A stretch of DNA of 64,000 bases from Selaginella moellendorffii (taxonomy: Eukaryota > Plantae > Lycopodiophyta): assembly GCF_000143415.4 (NCBI RefSeq), contig NW_003314282.1:1259374-1323373 (forward strand). Reading direction: 5' to 3'. A program made the position numbers and the translations under genes. Under the pieces are notes generated by a model that saw nothing but the letters and a program-made list of their open reading frames with translations, was not told where the DNA came from and made no database searches. This document shows positions 1 through 12,300 of this stretch, piece by piece (within the stretch, counting starts at the first letter, position 1; the number at the start of each line of letters is the position of its first letter).

Positions 1-2364
1 TTTGGTGATTGTCTTGAGGTAGCTCAAGACCTATGCATGATATTTTGTTGTTTTTTTGTCTTCCACTGGCTATATTGGCTTGTCGACTAGCTACTTGCCT
101 CCTCCCTTGATATGTTAAGTGAGCTCCTCCATAAAGCTTTAGGCTGCTAGCTTGCTAGACTGACTCACAGACTTATGCATAAAGGTGTGGCTACCCTTGA
201 CCTTGTAGTGCTACTGCAGCATCTACTACTACTATGGCTGCCTCATCTTGTTAGACTTGTCAGTCGAGGGTGTGTTGCTGTTGGATGCGTAGGTGGACTA
301 GAGAAAACTTAGCTCGTACTCTTCCAGTTCACCTAGACCCTTTTTTGTAACCTTGTCCCATTGAGTTTCTTGGCCATGATCTTCTTGGCCTAAACTCACT
401 TCATTAGCTATATCTACAGCTAATGGTTTTGCAACATCTATAAGCACATCATATGTTGGACTTTATGGCCTAAGTTTTGGAATTTCTTCCACAACTTTGG
501 CATCCATTGTTTGCCTAATATTGTATGTTTGTATACTCATCACTTCTCTGATGCTTGGAGAGATTTGTGTCGGCATCAGAGTTGTTTCTATAGACATAGA
601 TGAGTCACAACTTTATTCCTAATCCGGGCATAATGTTTTATCATTGTACTTGTTGCATCTAACTTTTCTGTGGCATACTCGGCCATTGGATTTCTACAAA
701 ACGAACTTTGGAGGTCTTGTAGCTTGATTTTTGGATCTAGGTGGAGTTTCTTTTTTAGGGGAGAATTTTCCTTGCTTGAATCCATGTTATCGGAATTTTT
801 CTCCACATCCACATCGAAGGAGATACTGGAGGTGGTGGCTCAATGGTAAGATGAGGTGTGGAAATCTCCTAAGTAGTGTAATACTCGTAGATGCACCACA
901 AAAAGATAAAAACTCCTGTCTTCACTTGCCTTCCCTTGCCCATTTGTAAAACAACATTTTTCATTTTAGCCACAAATCTATTATAGGCAAAATGAGCTAT
1001 GTTTATTTACCGTCTAGTCTCAATAACTTCCAATAGGTAAACTATCTTAATGCTAGCATTTTGTACAATTGTCCTCCCATCAATTATGGCACACAACACT
1101 TTAAGCCTAACATGATAGTCAAGCTTCAAGTAGGTGAGCCTCCTCATCCAAATGTGTATTTTGGGAGGACGTATTGATCGGGCATGTGATCCTTTTTGCT
1201 CATCTTGATTATTTCACCTTTGTTGTCTAAATGAAAAATTTAAACAAACTAAGTGAGTCTAAAGGGATGAACTCAATTGCAGAAAAGAAAAACATGCTCC
1301 ATTGGGTCCCACTTTTGCATGAGCTCGATCCCTTGCTCGATCAATATTTCTCCTTTAAGCAGCTCTGCATAGGCAAGTAACCCAAAAACATTAAGCCAAA
1401 ACTTATTATAAGGAGAAAGTATAAGCTTTTTAGACAATTTTACTTGGCCATAATCAAGCTCCTCATCGTTGGATGAGATTTCCTCCACATGCTCGTCTTG
1501 CTTAGGCATTTTTGTTGTTTGTGAAGATTTGTAGACAAAACACTTGGGATTAGGCAACTAAGAGATATAGTGCGGTGCCAATGGAGGTGCCCAAAGAAGA
1601 TTTTACGTCTATAGTGCTCCAAGAGTGAAGTTGACGGCTTCTGGCAATGGCGTAAGGACAAGATCACTTTGCTCAATTGAGGATGTGTTTGATCTAGTAG
1701 GCGGTGGTGATGGCGTTTGCTCTTGCACGGCTCTAGGTGGCATTTAAGCTAAGTTTAGAGTGTTAGCACATTTTAGCAGAGGTGTAAGTGTTGAGTGAGT
1801 GAGAGGGAAAGAATGAGAGAAAAAAAGAAGCATTTTAATTGCCTCTAAATTACCTAAGTCACTCTACCTTACTACGTTAGCCCTAAGCTTTGTCCTTTTG
1901 CCTAGTTTGCTTTTGTATGCAAAATATTGTGGAATTGTTTTCCTTGTTAGCCTAATAATCTCTGCTTATTAATCCTCATAGTATTGATAGAGTTTATAAA
2001 ATGGAGCAAAAAAGATGTAGACATTACTCTTAGAGTATCCGTCTCTTCTTTTCTTTTCCTCTAAGTTTTACATTGCCTAGAGAAAATTTTTATATGCCAT
2101 ACTAGCAAGATTTTGAGGGAAAGTCTGCTCTAGAGAAAGAAATTTTTATCTAATGTATCTTTTGATTTCTTTCCTTAAAACTTCCCCATCCAAGAAAGCA
2201 CTTAGATATATGTAGCATAAAGACAAATCTTTCCTAGGGGACATGCATTTTCCCTCTGTTCTGAATGAATAAATCCCTATTTGAGCTTATCAGGAAAGAT
2301 TACTCCTTCTATTCAATTCCACTTATCTACCTTTTCTATTCAATTCCACTGATTTACCTCTATG

Positions 2365-2980
2365 GAGACTAACTTCTGATACTAAGGGAGGCTTGGGGTG
2401 AAAGCCCAAAGCATGTGTTCCTCAAGCTATGAGGAGTTCCAAATATATAGTAGAGATAGTGGGTAGGTTGGGCATTGTTGACCAATTTGAGGTATAATTT
2501 AGCTCTTACTTGCATGTTTGTCCTTGTTCTGCGTCCGACTTGGGTTTAAGCCCAAGTTCCACATCATGCTAGCTGATGGAGTACCCATATCCTTGCGTTA
2601 TGCCACCGTTATATTGAAATAGCACTAGACTCTATTTAGCTTTATTTTGTGTGTTAGTTTTGGCATTGGGATGTTGGTTGCTCTAGGACTGATCCAAATT
2701 GTTCTGTGCTCCTATCCCTTCACTTCTTGGGCTATATGCTCAAAAGTCATTCCATGCTCCAATGCCATTGCTCCTTAGCTCCATGTTTGGGAGTTTAGCA
2801 CCATTCCTTCATTCAACGGCCCAAGGCCCTGAAACTTGGGTTCCACTCCGTTATCCTTTGGACACGTGGCATGTGGCACATGGCATATAACACATGGCAC
2901 ATAAAGGGTTTAGGCACCACTTCATAGTTATCCTATAGTAAATCACCATAGGATAAAGGGTAAAAACCATATGCGCTACA
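2365..2980 (+). mobile_element. 3' part of a degenerate LTR, same family as the LTRs at 29539-30671 and ~35276-36459
   Basis: Direct similarity (gagactaac..gatactaagggaggct..gtgaaagcccaaagc ... ggataaaggg..aaaacca..tgcgctaca), ending in the same TGCGCTACA terminus; no PBS follows, so it is probably a 3' or solo LTR. Confidence 0.8.
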
Positions 2981-3300
2981 ATTGGGGATATTGCTTACAC
3001 TTTAGACTTGCCAACTAGTTAAAAGATTCATCCAACATTCCATGTGAGTAAGCTTAAAGTATATTTGCACTTTAGTGATGTCATGGATTAGTCATCATCC
3101 AAGTTCTAGATATTGATGCTAAGAAGGCTGGTCTAGCCAATATTCTTGCTCAAAGATTGGTGAAAACACGCCTCAGGAGTTGTTAATTCAGTGGAATGAT
3201 TATTCTATAGACGAAGCTATATGGGAAATTAAGGAAGATGTGAAGAGAGTGTTTCCAAGTTTTGGTTATAATTTGGATGACATTCTTAAAGAACAAGAGC
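2981..3300 (+). mobile_element. Degenerate chromovirus (Ty3/Gypsy) integrase C-terminus plus chromodomain
   Basis: Translates with stops/frameshifts as IGDIAYTLDLPTS*KIHPTFHVSKLK ... LLIQWNDYSIDEAIWEIKEDVKRVFPSF; a purine-rich stretch then TGT at 3301 may mark a PPT and 3' LTR start. Confidence 0.75.
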
Positions 3301-3639
3301 TGTATTATTATATAATTTGAGTTGTTTGTTCTATTCCCATTCTCTTGTTTTCATTACTATATTTTCATGTGAAAAAGTTGTATTGCTTTCTTTCTTTCAT
3401 AGTTGTATGTCATGATGTTGGTATTGTTGTTTGCACATCTTTTCTCTATGGCCATATTGCCTTGGACTCCCTTCATGTGAGGCTTGTTTAACTTCTAGAA
3501 TCTGCCGTCCATGATTGGTTATGAGGGAGGGGAGAATAACATAAACCATAGGAATATTTTAAAAATATTCTATGGTCTATGGGATTTAAGGCCATAATGC
3601 CTTAAGGGTTCATAGGTTAGCCTAAGGTTTGCTCCTTGT

Positions 3640-3735
3640 TTTGAGGCAAGCTCAAGATTGAGACAAAAAATTGACTAATGAGCATCATCATTATCAAGAA
3701 TACAAAGTTGGTGACAAAGTTTTTCTTAAGCTGTC
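3640..3735 (+). mobile_element. Gypsy integrase C-terminal fragment
   Basis: QAQD*DKKLTNEHHHYQEYKVGDKVFLKL matches the typical post-core integrase segment (..YKVGDxVxL). Confidence 0.55.
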
Positions 3736-3781
3736 AAATACACAATAGTCTTTGAAAGAAGGTGGCAATACTAAATATGTA

Positions 3782-3805
3782 ATATATATATATATATATA
3801 TATAT
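3782..3805. repeat. (TA)n microsatellite
   Basis: Run of about 12 AT units visible directly. Confidence 0.9.
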
Positions 3806-3919
3806 CTGTATATATTCTTTGAGAATGTCAAAGCAAGATGTGGTCATTTAGAACTAGTTTATGCTGTATTTTCTTGAATGAAGAAAAATTATTTAGTTTT
3901 GGTGGTAACCTCCACATTA

Positions 3920-4450
3920 CTGAGGCAAAGATCAAATGAAACTCCACTCTTGAGTAACTTGCAACATCATGGTATATATTAAATGGTTGCCTCTATTAAA
4001 CATAGATTGATGGTGCCAAGGATATGTTTGATGGCCCTAGATGGCATTCCAGATTGCTAACTTGCTAAATCCACCTTCAATGCAATGTCCAAGAAGGATT
4101 TGATAAGTTGGAATGTAATGTTAGATAGTTACTTGGTGAATGGTTTTAGATAACAAGCCATAGATCATTTCACTCCAGTAGTGATCCCAAACAAGATCTT
4201 GTTCATGGCTGTTTTTTTTTAATCACATGTAGTAATATTAGTAAGCTTCATCAAGCTTTGGTTGAGACAATATCCTTTATAGCCTTGTGGTTGAGACAGC
4301 TGCTCAAAATAAAGGAATTGATAGGGATTATGTCATTCTTTCTGGAAATAGTGATTTAGAATTGCTTGTGCTTGAAAGCTGTATCAAGATATGGTTTCAA
4401 GAAGAGTGGCTGTCAAGAATCTTATTGATCAAAACTTTATGACTCTCTGT
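3920..4450 (+). pseudogene. PLS-class PPR pseudogene fragment
   Basis: AKSTFNAMSKKDLISWNVMLDSYLVNGFR*QAIDHF..VIPNKILFMAV..CS, i.e. PPR S/P/L motifs with stops and frameshifts. Confidence 0.65.
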
Positions 4451-4589
4451 TTTTATAATGAGATATAGTATTCATAATAGATCTCAGTTAGACACAATTG
4501 ATGTTGGATTATTTTTCTATGATAATTGATAAATGATATTTAATACATTATAACTAATTTTTATTAATTTTTATCTGATAAATTCAAAG

Positions 4590-4765
4590 TGTGAGTGCTT
4601 GGAATATGGAAAGGGAATACAAAAAATGTGCATATCAATTAGCCCAAAAACCCTAGCTTATATACAGGAGCGAGTGGTCCGGATTGAAACCAATCCGATA
4701 GCTACCAAAATCCCACTACGCTAATATTAGTATACGGCATCGTAGCCGTACACCTGGCCCTCACA
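4590..4765 (-). repeat. 3' LTR (176 bp)
   Basis: Direct repeat of 9417-9593 with about 8 substitutions and 1 indel; TG...CA ends. Confidence 0.95.
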
Positions 4766-4797
4766 TCATCCCCTCCTCTCGGAATAATGGAAGACCA

Positions 4798-7700
4798 TCA
4801 GGGTTCTCGTGTAGATGGGCCGGGATCTGGAGGAACATCAGGAAGAGGCATTGGTGGATCTATAGGTGGTATTAACTCCTCATGATCCCTTTGTATGAAG
4901 CGTTTTAGCTGCTGCATATGCACAATCTCTGGAGGATCGGCCTGCTGAACATCATGCTGAACCTCATAAACTTGTGGTCCAACTTGCCGCAACACCTGAT
5001 ACGGTCCTTTCCACTGCGCAAGAAGTCCCTTAGATAAACCACGTACCGTAAAATGGGGAAAACAGACTAACACCAAATCATCCACTTTGTACTCCGTAGG
5101 TGGACGATGATGAGAGTTGTAGTGCCATTGTTGTCCTACTTGTACGTGGCCTAAGTGTTCGGCAAACTCTGCTCGGACAAGTGGAAGAATGCTCGTCAAA
5201 TACTGATCCCACGACCTAGCATCGGCAGCTCGCGGCAATCGCGAAGGTAAACCCAGCTCCGTTGGCAATATTGGATCATGACCATATAGGAGTTTATATG
5301 GTGAAGCACCAACAGAACTTGCACCCCTGTGATATATGCATACCGAAGAGACGGCAAATAACCATCCCAATCCGAATGCTGAAAGTTTACATACTTCGCA
5401 ATCATCCCTTTGAATGTCTAAACAAGCCGCTCCACCAGACCGTCTGATTGTGGATGATAAGCACTCGTGAAAGTGTGGCGTATCCCCAATCGAGACGTCA
5501 AAACATGAAATACCTCATCTATAAATGCGGGACCATTATCCGAAAGAATCCGCTCTGGACAAGAATGTTGGAATACCACTCGATTGAGGAGGAAGTAGCC
5601 AACAGCAGTTGCAGAGGTGCTAGCAAGAGCACCAACTTCCACCCAACGAGTGAAGTAGTCAGAAGCAATAATAACATACTCATTGCTAGCAGTTGACCGT
5701 GGAAAAGGTCCCATAAGATCAAACACCACCAACTCAAACGGACGGGAAACTGCAATTGACTTCAACCGTCCTTCCGCAGCACGAGGGGGAGTATTATGAG
5801 CTTGGCACCAAACGCAGCTACGCACATACCGGATAACATCACGTCACATCTCCGGCCAATAAAAAGACCTGCGTAGCTTCTCAGTTACACGACGGTGTCC
5901 CATATGCCCACCTAGAATAGGAGAATCATGGTAGGCATGGAGAAACCGCGGAATAAAGACAAAAGCCACCACCAGCCGTAAATGATCCTCAGGATCCGTC
6001 CCCACAAAATAAAGAAGGCCACCTTTAAGGCGATATTGAGAATGTAAATGCCGGAAAGGCAAGTCATCAGCAAGTGATGCAGGATTCTCAAACCCATCTT
6101 AAAGCCTTTGAATCCACGGTTCAATCTTTTGAGCTTCACGAACATCATCAAGAGAAGGTAGATCTTGCTCTGTGCCTTGTGGACACTGAACGTCAAAGAC
6201 AGTAACCGCCGACGGCACAGAATCCTCGTCTAGAAAATCCACAGATGCTGGAACAACAGGCTCGTCAAAAACATGAGAAGTGAGTGAAGAAGGAAGAGGA
6301 GCTCGAGAAAGGGCATCAACATCAGCCATAGAACTCCCTGGGCGATGAACAACCTCAAAATCATATATCTAAAGCTTCAAAGCCCATTGAGCAGTACGAC
6401 CAACTAGGTTCTTCCACTTCAATAATGAAGTAACAGCAGCATGGTCACCTTCAAGTAACGTTCGAGAACCATGTAGATATGCATGAAGTTTCTCAAAACA
6501 CCAAACTGCTGCTAAACACTCCTTCTCCGTCGTGGAGTAGTTCATCTTCACTGGTTGTAATGTACGGCTTATATACGCAATAGGATGGCGCTGATCAGGC
6601 ACACTCGAGCTCTCTTACATCAACACACCTCTAAGACCAATGTCATAAGCATCCACACGCAATATAAAAGGTCGAGTGTAGTCAGGATATGCCAAAACCG
6701 GAGGAGTCGTCAATAGCTCTTTGAGATCCCCGAACGCCCGCTCACAATCCGGAGACCAGATGAAAGATGATGTTGATGACTTCAGCAACGCTCGCAATGG
6801 TGCAGTGCGATCAGAAAGATGATCCACAAAACGACCGAGATACTGCACCTTGCCCAAGAAGCGTTGCACATCATTCACACATTTCGGAGTAGGGAACTTT
6901 AGAACAGCCGCAAGTTTGTCAGGATCAACTTGCAAACCCTCACGAGAAATATGGTACCCAAGATAAGTTGTATCCTTGGACCCAAACACGCATTTCGACG
7001 GCTTCAACTTTAAACCAACATCGCGTAGCCGATCCAACACTTTACAAACATCACGAACGTGCTCCTCCCACGTCCCCTCCGAGTGAATCAAGACATCATT
7101 AATGAAGTCGGTAGTCACCTCTGGCATATCACAAAGAACCTCGTCCATCATCCGCTGGAAAGTTGCTGGAGCGTTGTTCAAACCAAACGGCATCACCAAG
7201 AACTCGTACAAACCAAATGTTGTACGAAAAGCAGTCTTAGGAATATCTTCTGCGGCCATCGGTACTTGCCAGTACCCAGAAGCAAAATCTAGCTTGGTGA
7301 ACCAATGACTTCGCCTTAGACAATCCAAGAGATCAGCAGTGTGAGGAAGAGGGTACACATCCGGGATCGTCACTTCATTTAACGGACGATAGTCGATGCA
7401 GAAACGAATACTACTATCAGGCTTCGTCACAAGATGAGGTTCACATGCCCAAGGACTCCGCGACTTCCAAATAACACCCTTCTCCAACATCTCCTTGACG
7501 TTTGCATGTAAAATCTTGATCTCCTTGGGTGACCGACGATGAACAGGAACCTTGATTGGACGAGCATCCCCAGTTGGAATTAGATGGCATGTGGCAATCT
7601 TGGCCCCAGACGATAGGTCAAAATCAAAGAGATCAGAATACTCCTTCATGAGCCGGTCAACAGCTGCAACACAAAGATCATCAGAGGGATCGGAAAAGAG

Positions 7701-8234
7701 AAGAGTAGAACAAGATGGAACCATAGGAGGAAATAGTGGGGGAACAAAAGTAATGGAAGCAGAGGTAGAAGTAGAGAAACAAAGAGGTACGGAAGTGAAA
7801 GGAATGGATGAAACATAAAGAAGTATGAGACAAGGGGGAAAAGCCTCAAAGTCACACTTGGCATGATTGTGCTGTAACCAATCCATACCAAGAATGAGGT
7901 CAAAAGCTTGACTTGGCACCACCCGCAACGACTGCAACTCAAGCTCGAAATCGCCCACACGCACAACCAGGTCCGCCTCATCTCGTGCACATGCATGTGT
8001 ACGGCCGTTGCCATAAAGAATGAAAACTGGATCCGCCACACGACGCAAGTGTAGACGACAACGTGTGGCAACAAGTCGAGCAATAGAAGATAAACTCGAA
8101 CCTGTATCAACCAACACGGAGAGAATAATAGGAGACCTCTTGTTATAAAAACGAGCTTGGAAAGTAAACACTGGATGAACTGGTGCCGAGTGAACCCCTT
8201 GATGATACTCCCGAAAGAAAGATGGAGGGGTCAC
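4798..8234 (-). pseudogene. pol: Pol (protease, RT, RNase H, integrase) with several stops/frameshifts
   Basis: LVDTGS protease; RFCIDYRPLN, LDFASGYWQ, MPFGLNNAPATFQ, FIND (decayed YxDD); RNase H NYSTTEKECLA; integrase H..H..CVWC, DLMGP, SDNGPAF, YHPQSDG, GPY motif. Confidence 0.93.
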
Positions 8235-8281
8235 TTATTCGCGCAAGGTCCCTCCATTACTCACGCGACTCTTCGTTTCCC
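8222..8281 (-). promoter_or_regulatory. -1 programmed ribosomal frameshift signal (GGGAAAC, 6-nt spacer, H-type pseudoknot)
   Basis: G GGA AAC in the gag frame at 8281-8275; stem 1 UCGCGUGAG/CUUGCGCGA and stem 2 AUGGAGGG/CCCUCCAU; the -1 frame is the pol frame. Confidence 0.8.
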
Positions 8282-9145
8282 GGATGCACCTCGGTGTCCA
8301 AACCTTCCACCGCAGCAGCACCAACGGGACGTTGCTGACGCCAAGGTCTCCACCCAGGAAATGTAGGTCGCCAATCCGGAAAGCGCCGACAATGCCGATA
8401 AGTATGACCAACTTCATCACACGCCCAGCAACGAACATCACGGCCACGACCACGTCCTCGCCCTTGTCCTTGGACTCGAGTAGCAGTAGCATCAACCTCC
8501 ATTGGAACAGGACCATTACTCATAGGAAGTGGAGCAGAAGGACGTGCAGCGAGAAGTGGAAGAGGCGACGTTTCATAACGTTGCCAAGCGAAGAGCATCG
8601 TCAAGAGTGGCAGGAGCAAGTGCATGCACAAGGCCGACAAAATCTTGACGAAGTGTTGGCCACAACATTCCTAGCTTGATCCGCTTCGACATATTGGGCT
8701 CCGCACGAAGCAAAAGACTTCGGAAACAAACGCCAAATTGCATCACTGACTCAGATGGCCCTTGGCGAAGACGATGCAATTGTTGGAAGGCATCATCACA
8801 ATCGTCAGCATGTCCGAAGGCGTGTTTGAAAACGTCTGGAAGAAGACTCCAATCCCCACGAGTGGCCGTACTCAATCCATTGTACCACTGCAACGCCGTC
8901 CCTTGGAGACACGTGGGAAACTCATGCAAACGTCGAGCATCATCCCAAGAATAATATATGGCAATCACCGTGAAGTGATCGAACCAATGGTACACATCAT
9001 CCCCAGGATTCCCACGAAAGAACTCCGGCCGAACGCGAGGATTGGCACCAAGAGCAGGAGGAGTTGGACCACGTGCCATGAATGCTGCCATCAATTGAGT
9101 TTGGTTGTTCAATTGCAAGCGCATAGCATCAAGCAATTGGACCAA
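8257..9145 (-). pseudogene. gag: Gag (retrotransposon gag domain plus CCHC zinc knuckle), split by one frameshift
   Basis: ORF 8573-9145 (PEFFRGNPGDDVYHWF..LQGTALQWY..LRQGPSESV) and ORF 8257-8640 (PVPMEVD, CWACDEVGHTYRHC). Confidence 0.9.
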
Positions 9146-9416
9146 CTGCTACTCTAGAATCAAAGGAGGAGATTGTTAATCTGCCATGAAAATGGACGAA
9201 GAAAGAGCAAAAGAAGAGAAACGACAAAAAATGAGAAGGAAATGGGAGATCTAGACAATGCAAAAAGCTAGATCTAAACCAAAATCCTGAGAGGGAAGAA
9301 AAAGAAAGGAAATGGAAAAAACTAGATCTAGACGATGCAAAAGCTAGATCTAAACCAAAAATCCTAAATTCAAGCACTCCTCAGGGACAATCAAAGGTGC
9401 CCCTCTCCTCCACCAA

Positions 9417-9593
9417 TGTGAGTGCTTGGAATATGGAAAGGGGATACAGAAAATATGCATATCAATTAGCCCAAAAACCCTAGCTTATATATAAGAGCGA
9501 GTGGTCCGGATTGAAAACCAATCCGATGGCTACCAAAATCCCACTATGCTAATATTAGTATACGGCATCGTAGCTGTACACCTGGCCCTCACA
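9417..9593 (-). repeat. 5' LTR (177 bp)
   Basis: Direct repeat of 4590-4765; PBS immediately downstream on the minus strand. Confidence 0.95.
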
Positions 9594-12300
9594 AAAGGAA
9601 AACATCTCTAAGAAATTTTATAATATACAATCACTATAAAATTATGGATTGATCCAGGGTTCACCCAGATAATCTGGAAATCCATTCTGGAAATCCAAGT
9701 AGAAGGACAAGGGACAGCAAAAGCTCTAGTTTATGACTTTGTAAGCAATATACTCTCTAAGCTCAGGTACACCAGGAAATTTTGATTCCATTGCTCAATA
9801 AACACAAAACACAGTTTCCACATAATCTACCTGCTATATTGCAACAGCCAAATCAACTTTGCAAGCATTCCTTCTGGCTTCTTGAGTCTTTTTCCTACAA
9901 TATCTAATTAGCATTTGTTATGCAGTGCAATTGCTTATTAATCTTTTGCTGCAACTTCACTTGGTAATCTTTTCTTTTGAATTCATTGCCCAAAAATCTG
10001 ATTGGTTCTTTGGTTCTATATTAAGTACTCAGTGACAGCTTTGTCAAGTGGGAACAAGAAAATGTGAAGGTACAGTCAAATTCTTCCTCTTCCATTGCTT
10101 AATAATAAAGCTTAGAGAAACTCAACCTACTTTAGATAAAGTAGGTAGAAACCCTATAGAACTTAAAGGCTGTTCATCCAAATTTCTTTTTGGTTTGCTT
10201 ATGCAAACCTGTAGAGGGACTGGGATGGTAGTAAATGTACTTAAAATATTCTTAGATAACCATCTAACGGTTGTTATTCATTTAGATTAATTTTGTATTT
10301 ATAATTTATAAACATGTTTATAATTTATAAACTTTCTTAAACACTTTCTAGTATATTCATTTTTATTCTACCATTTATGCAATAAGATTAATCTTGTGTG
10401 TTGTTCTTGCTGATGATTTATTTAGGCTAAGTGATATGCTGCGAGGTTTGGAGCTGACAGTGTTGTCAAGACATGATACAGCTGCAGACTTAGTTGTTAT
10501 GAATAGTGCATGTTGGTGGGCATGTGTTGCATGACTCAGGCTTGACTGTAACTGTAAGAAATATTTTCTACGCATTGCATGTAACAACGCTGTAACGGTT
10601 TGCTTATATTCTTACTTATTAATCCAAAATAAAATTTTATAATTATAAACATGTTTATAATTTATAAACAAGAAGGAGAAAATGTAACATACGAATGACT
10701 CCCGGAGACGTCCCCCGTCATCTGGCATATGCTCTTGAACCTACTGCTTCAATTTCCACCAGGATGTGCAGCATTATACAGCTATGCCTCATTCACAATC
10801 AAATTCTCTGCATCCCACAGCCACAAAACAAGTTCCTTCTAATTGAGCTTTTTCAAAAGAGGTAGTGCTCCATGTACCTCACCTAAAACTGGCAAAAGAA
10901 AACATCATCAAACAAAAACAAAAAAGTGCCTTGTCAAATGTGATGGCAGTGTTTTGCAGCCTTTGATTGTACACCCTCAGCCTATAGACAATACAGGTGG
11001 GTATCAGGAAGCCCTCAAACAGCTTTATCAACATTGGCAACGGTCATGTGAACCCCTAGAAAGTAAATTAGCCAAGAACTTAAATGTTTTTAAGAACTCA
11101 AGAGCTTACCTCTCTGATCACGGTTTTTCCTCTGCTGACTCCACAAACGGTTTGTCCTCTTACTTTGCAACCTGTTTGGAAAATTGTTTTTTTTTTCTTC
11201 TGAAAAGAGAAGTAGACTTGCCTTTGATCAAACTCTGAAATACACTTGAGAGGCTGCCCTCGGTGCATAGAAGTCTATTCAGTCCTTTGATCTGGTGTAA
11301 CTTCTTTTTGACAATGTTCTTGCCTTCCTTGCAAATCGTTTTCCTTGAATATTCTTGATAATTTCAAAGCACTGGAATTAAGCAAGCACTCGATCTTGGC
11401 ACTCCAAAAAGAATGCCTCACATCCAACTTAGAAGAAATCAACTTCAGGTAATGAGCCTCAATTTGCTTCTCAGGCCCAAAAAATACATGAAACCTAATG
11501 AAATGCAACACATATTACTATCCCAGCCGAAGACCTCTCTCCTAGTCTCTTGGAAACCTACAAAATACCCATTGAAATGTTGCTATATGATACTATAGCT
11601 TGAGTCCCAGTTGTAGAGGCATAAATGTTTGAGTCCCACATTTGATGGACTCACCACCATCAATCGAAACTGATTTGCAAAAGGTGATATAGAAAGAAAT
11701 GTTCTTTGTAAGTTCCAGGTCCCTGTCTTGAAAGCAATGGCGATTCATATGCTCGGGCCACTATTGAATCGGATTTAGAGTCCTGGGAGATGGTTTCTCA
11801 GCTCAAGTACTTGAGGACAATGCTGGCTCTACACAACTACGAGAAGGCCTTTGCATGGGTGTTTCTCATCGGTGCGTCAACTTGCCTCTCAAGTCATGAA
11901 ACCCATCATGGAACCGCTGCAGCTATTGTGGTGTTTCTTCCCCGTTCTTGGCAACTTTTGCAATCTCTAAAATCACTTAGAATCCTAGAGTGATATCTAA
12001 GGCTTGTTGCAACTAAATTTCATTTTGAAACCCAGAAACGAAAGAAGGGAGAAGTTCTGGCATCTCTATTGTAACTTTAATGAATCCATCAGTAAGGAGA
12101 ATTACCTGAGTGAGTGCCAAGAGCGAGAAATACCAAATCTTGGCTTGCAACACAAATCTCAAGCCTTGATATAAGCATACAAGATTGGGATTTTGCATAA
12201 ATAATAATAATAATAATATATACTTCATAAGTTTTTAAACTATAAGAATGTCTATAATTTAAACACATGATTAGATAGAGAATATCTTAATCTTAATTCT

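Larger units (their letters stand above)
4590..9593 (-). mobile_element. Full-length but mutated Ty3/Gypsy LTR retrotransposon with very short LTRs
   Basis: LTRs 4590-4765 and 9417-9593 (TGTGAG...CTCACA); PBS TGGTGGAG.. next to the 5' LTR; PPT GAGAGGAGGGGATGA (4766-4780, minus); 4-bp TSD AAAG (4586-4589 and 9594-9597); order gag-PR-RT-RH-INT. Confidence 0.95.

Noticed and set aside
9600-11960. Broken reading frames in the duplicated unit
   Set aside because: Look like decayed coding DNA, but no family can be recognised without a search
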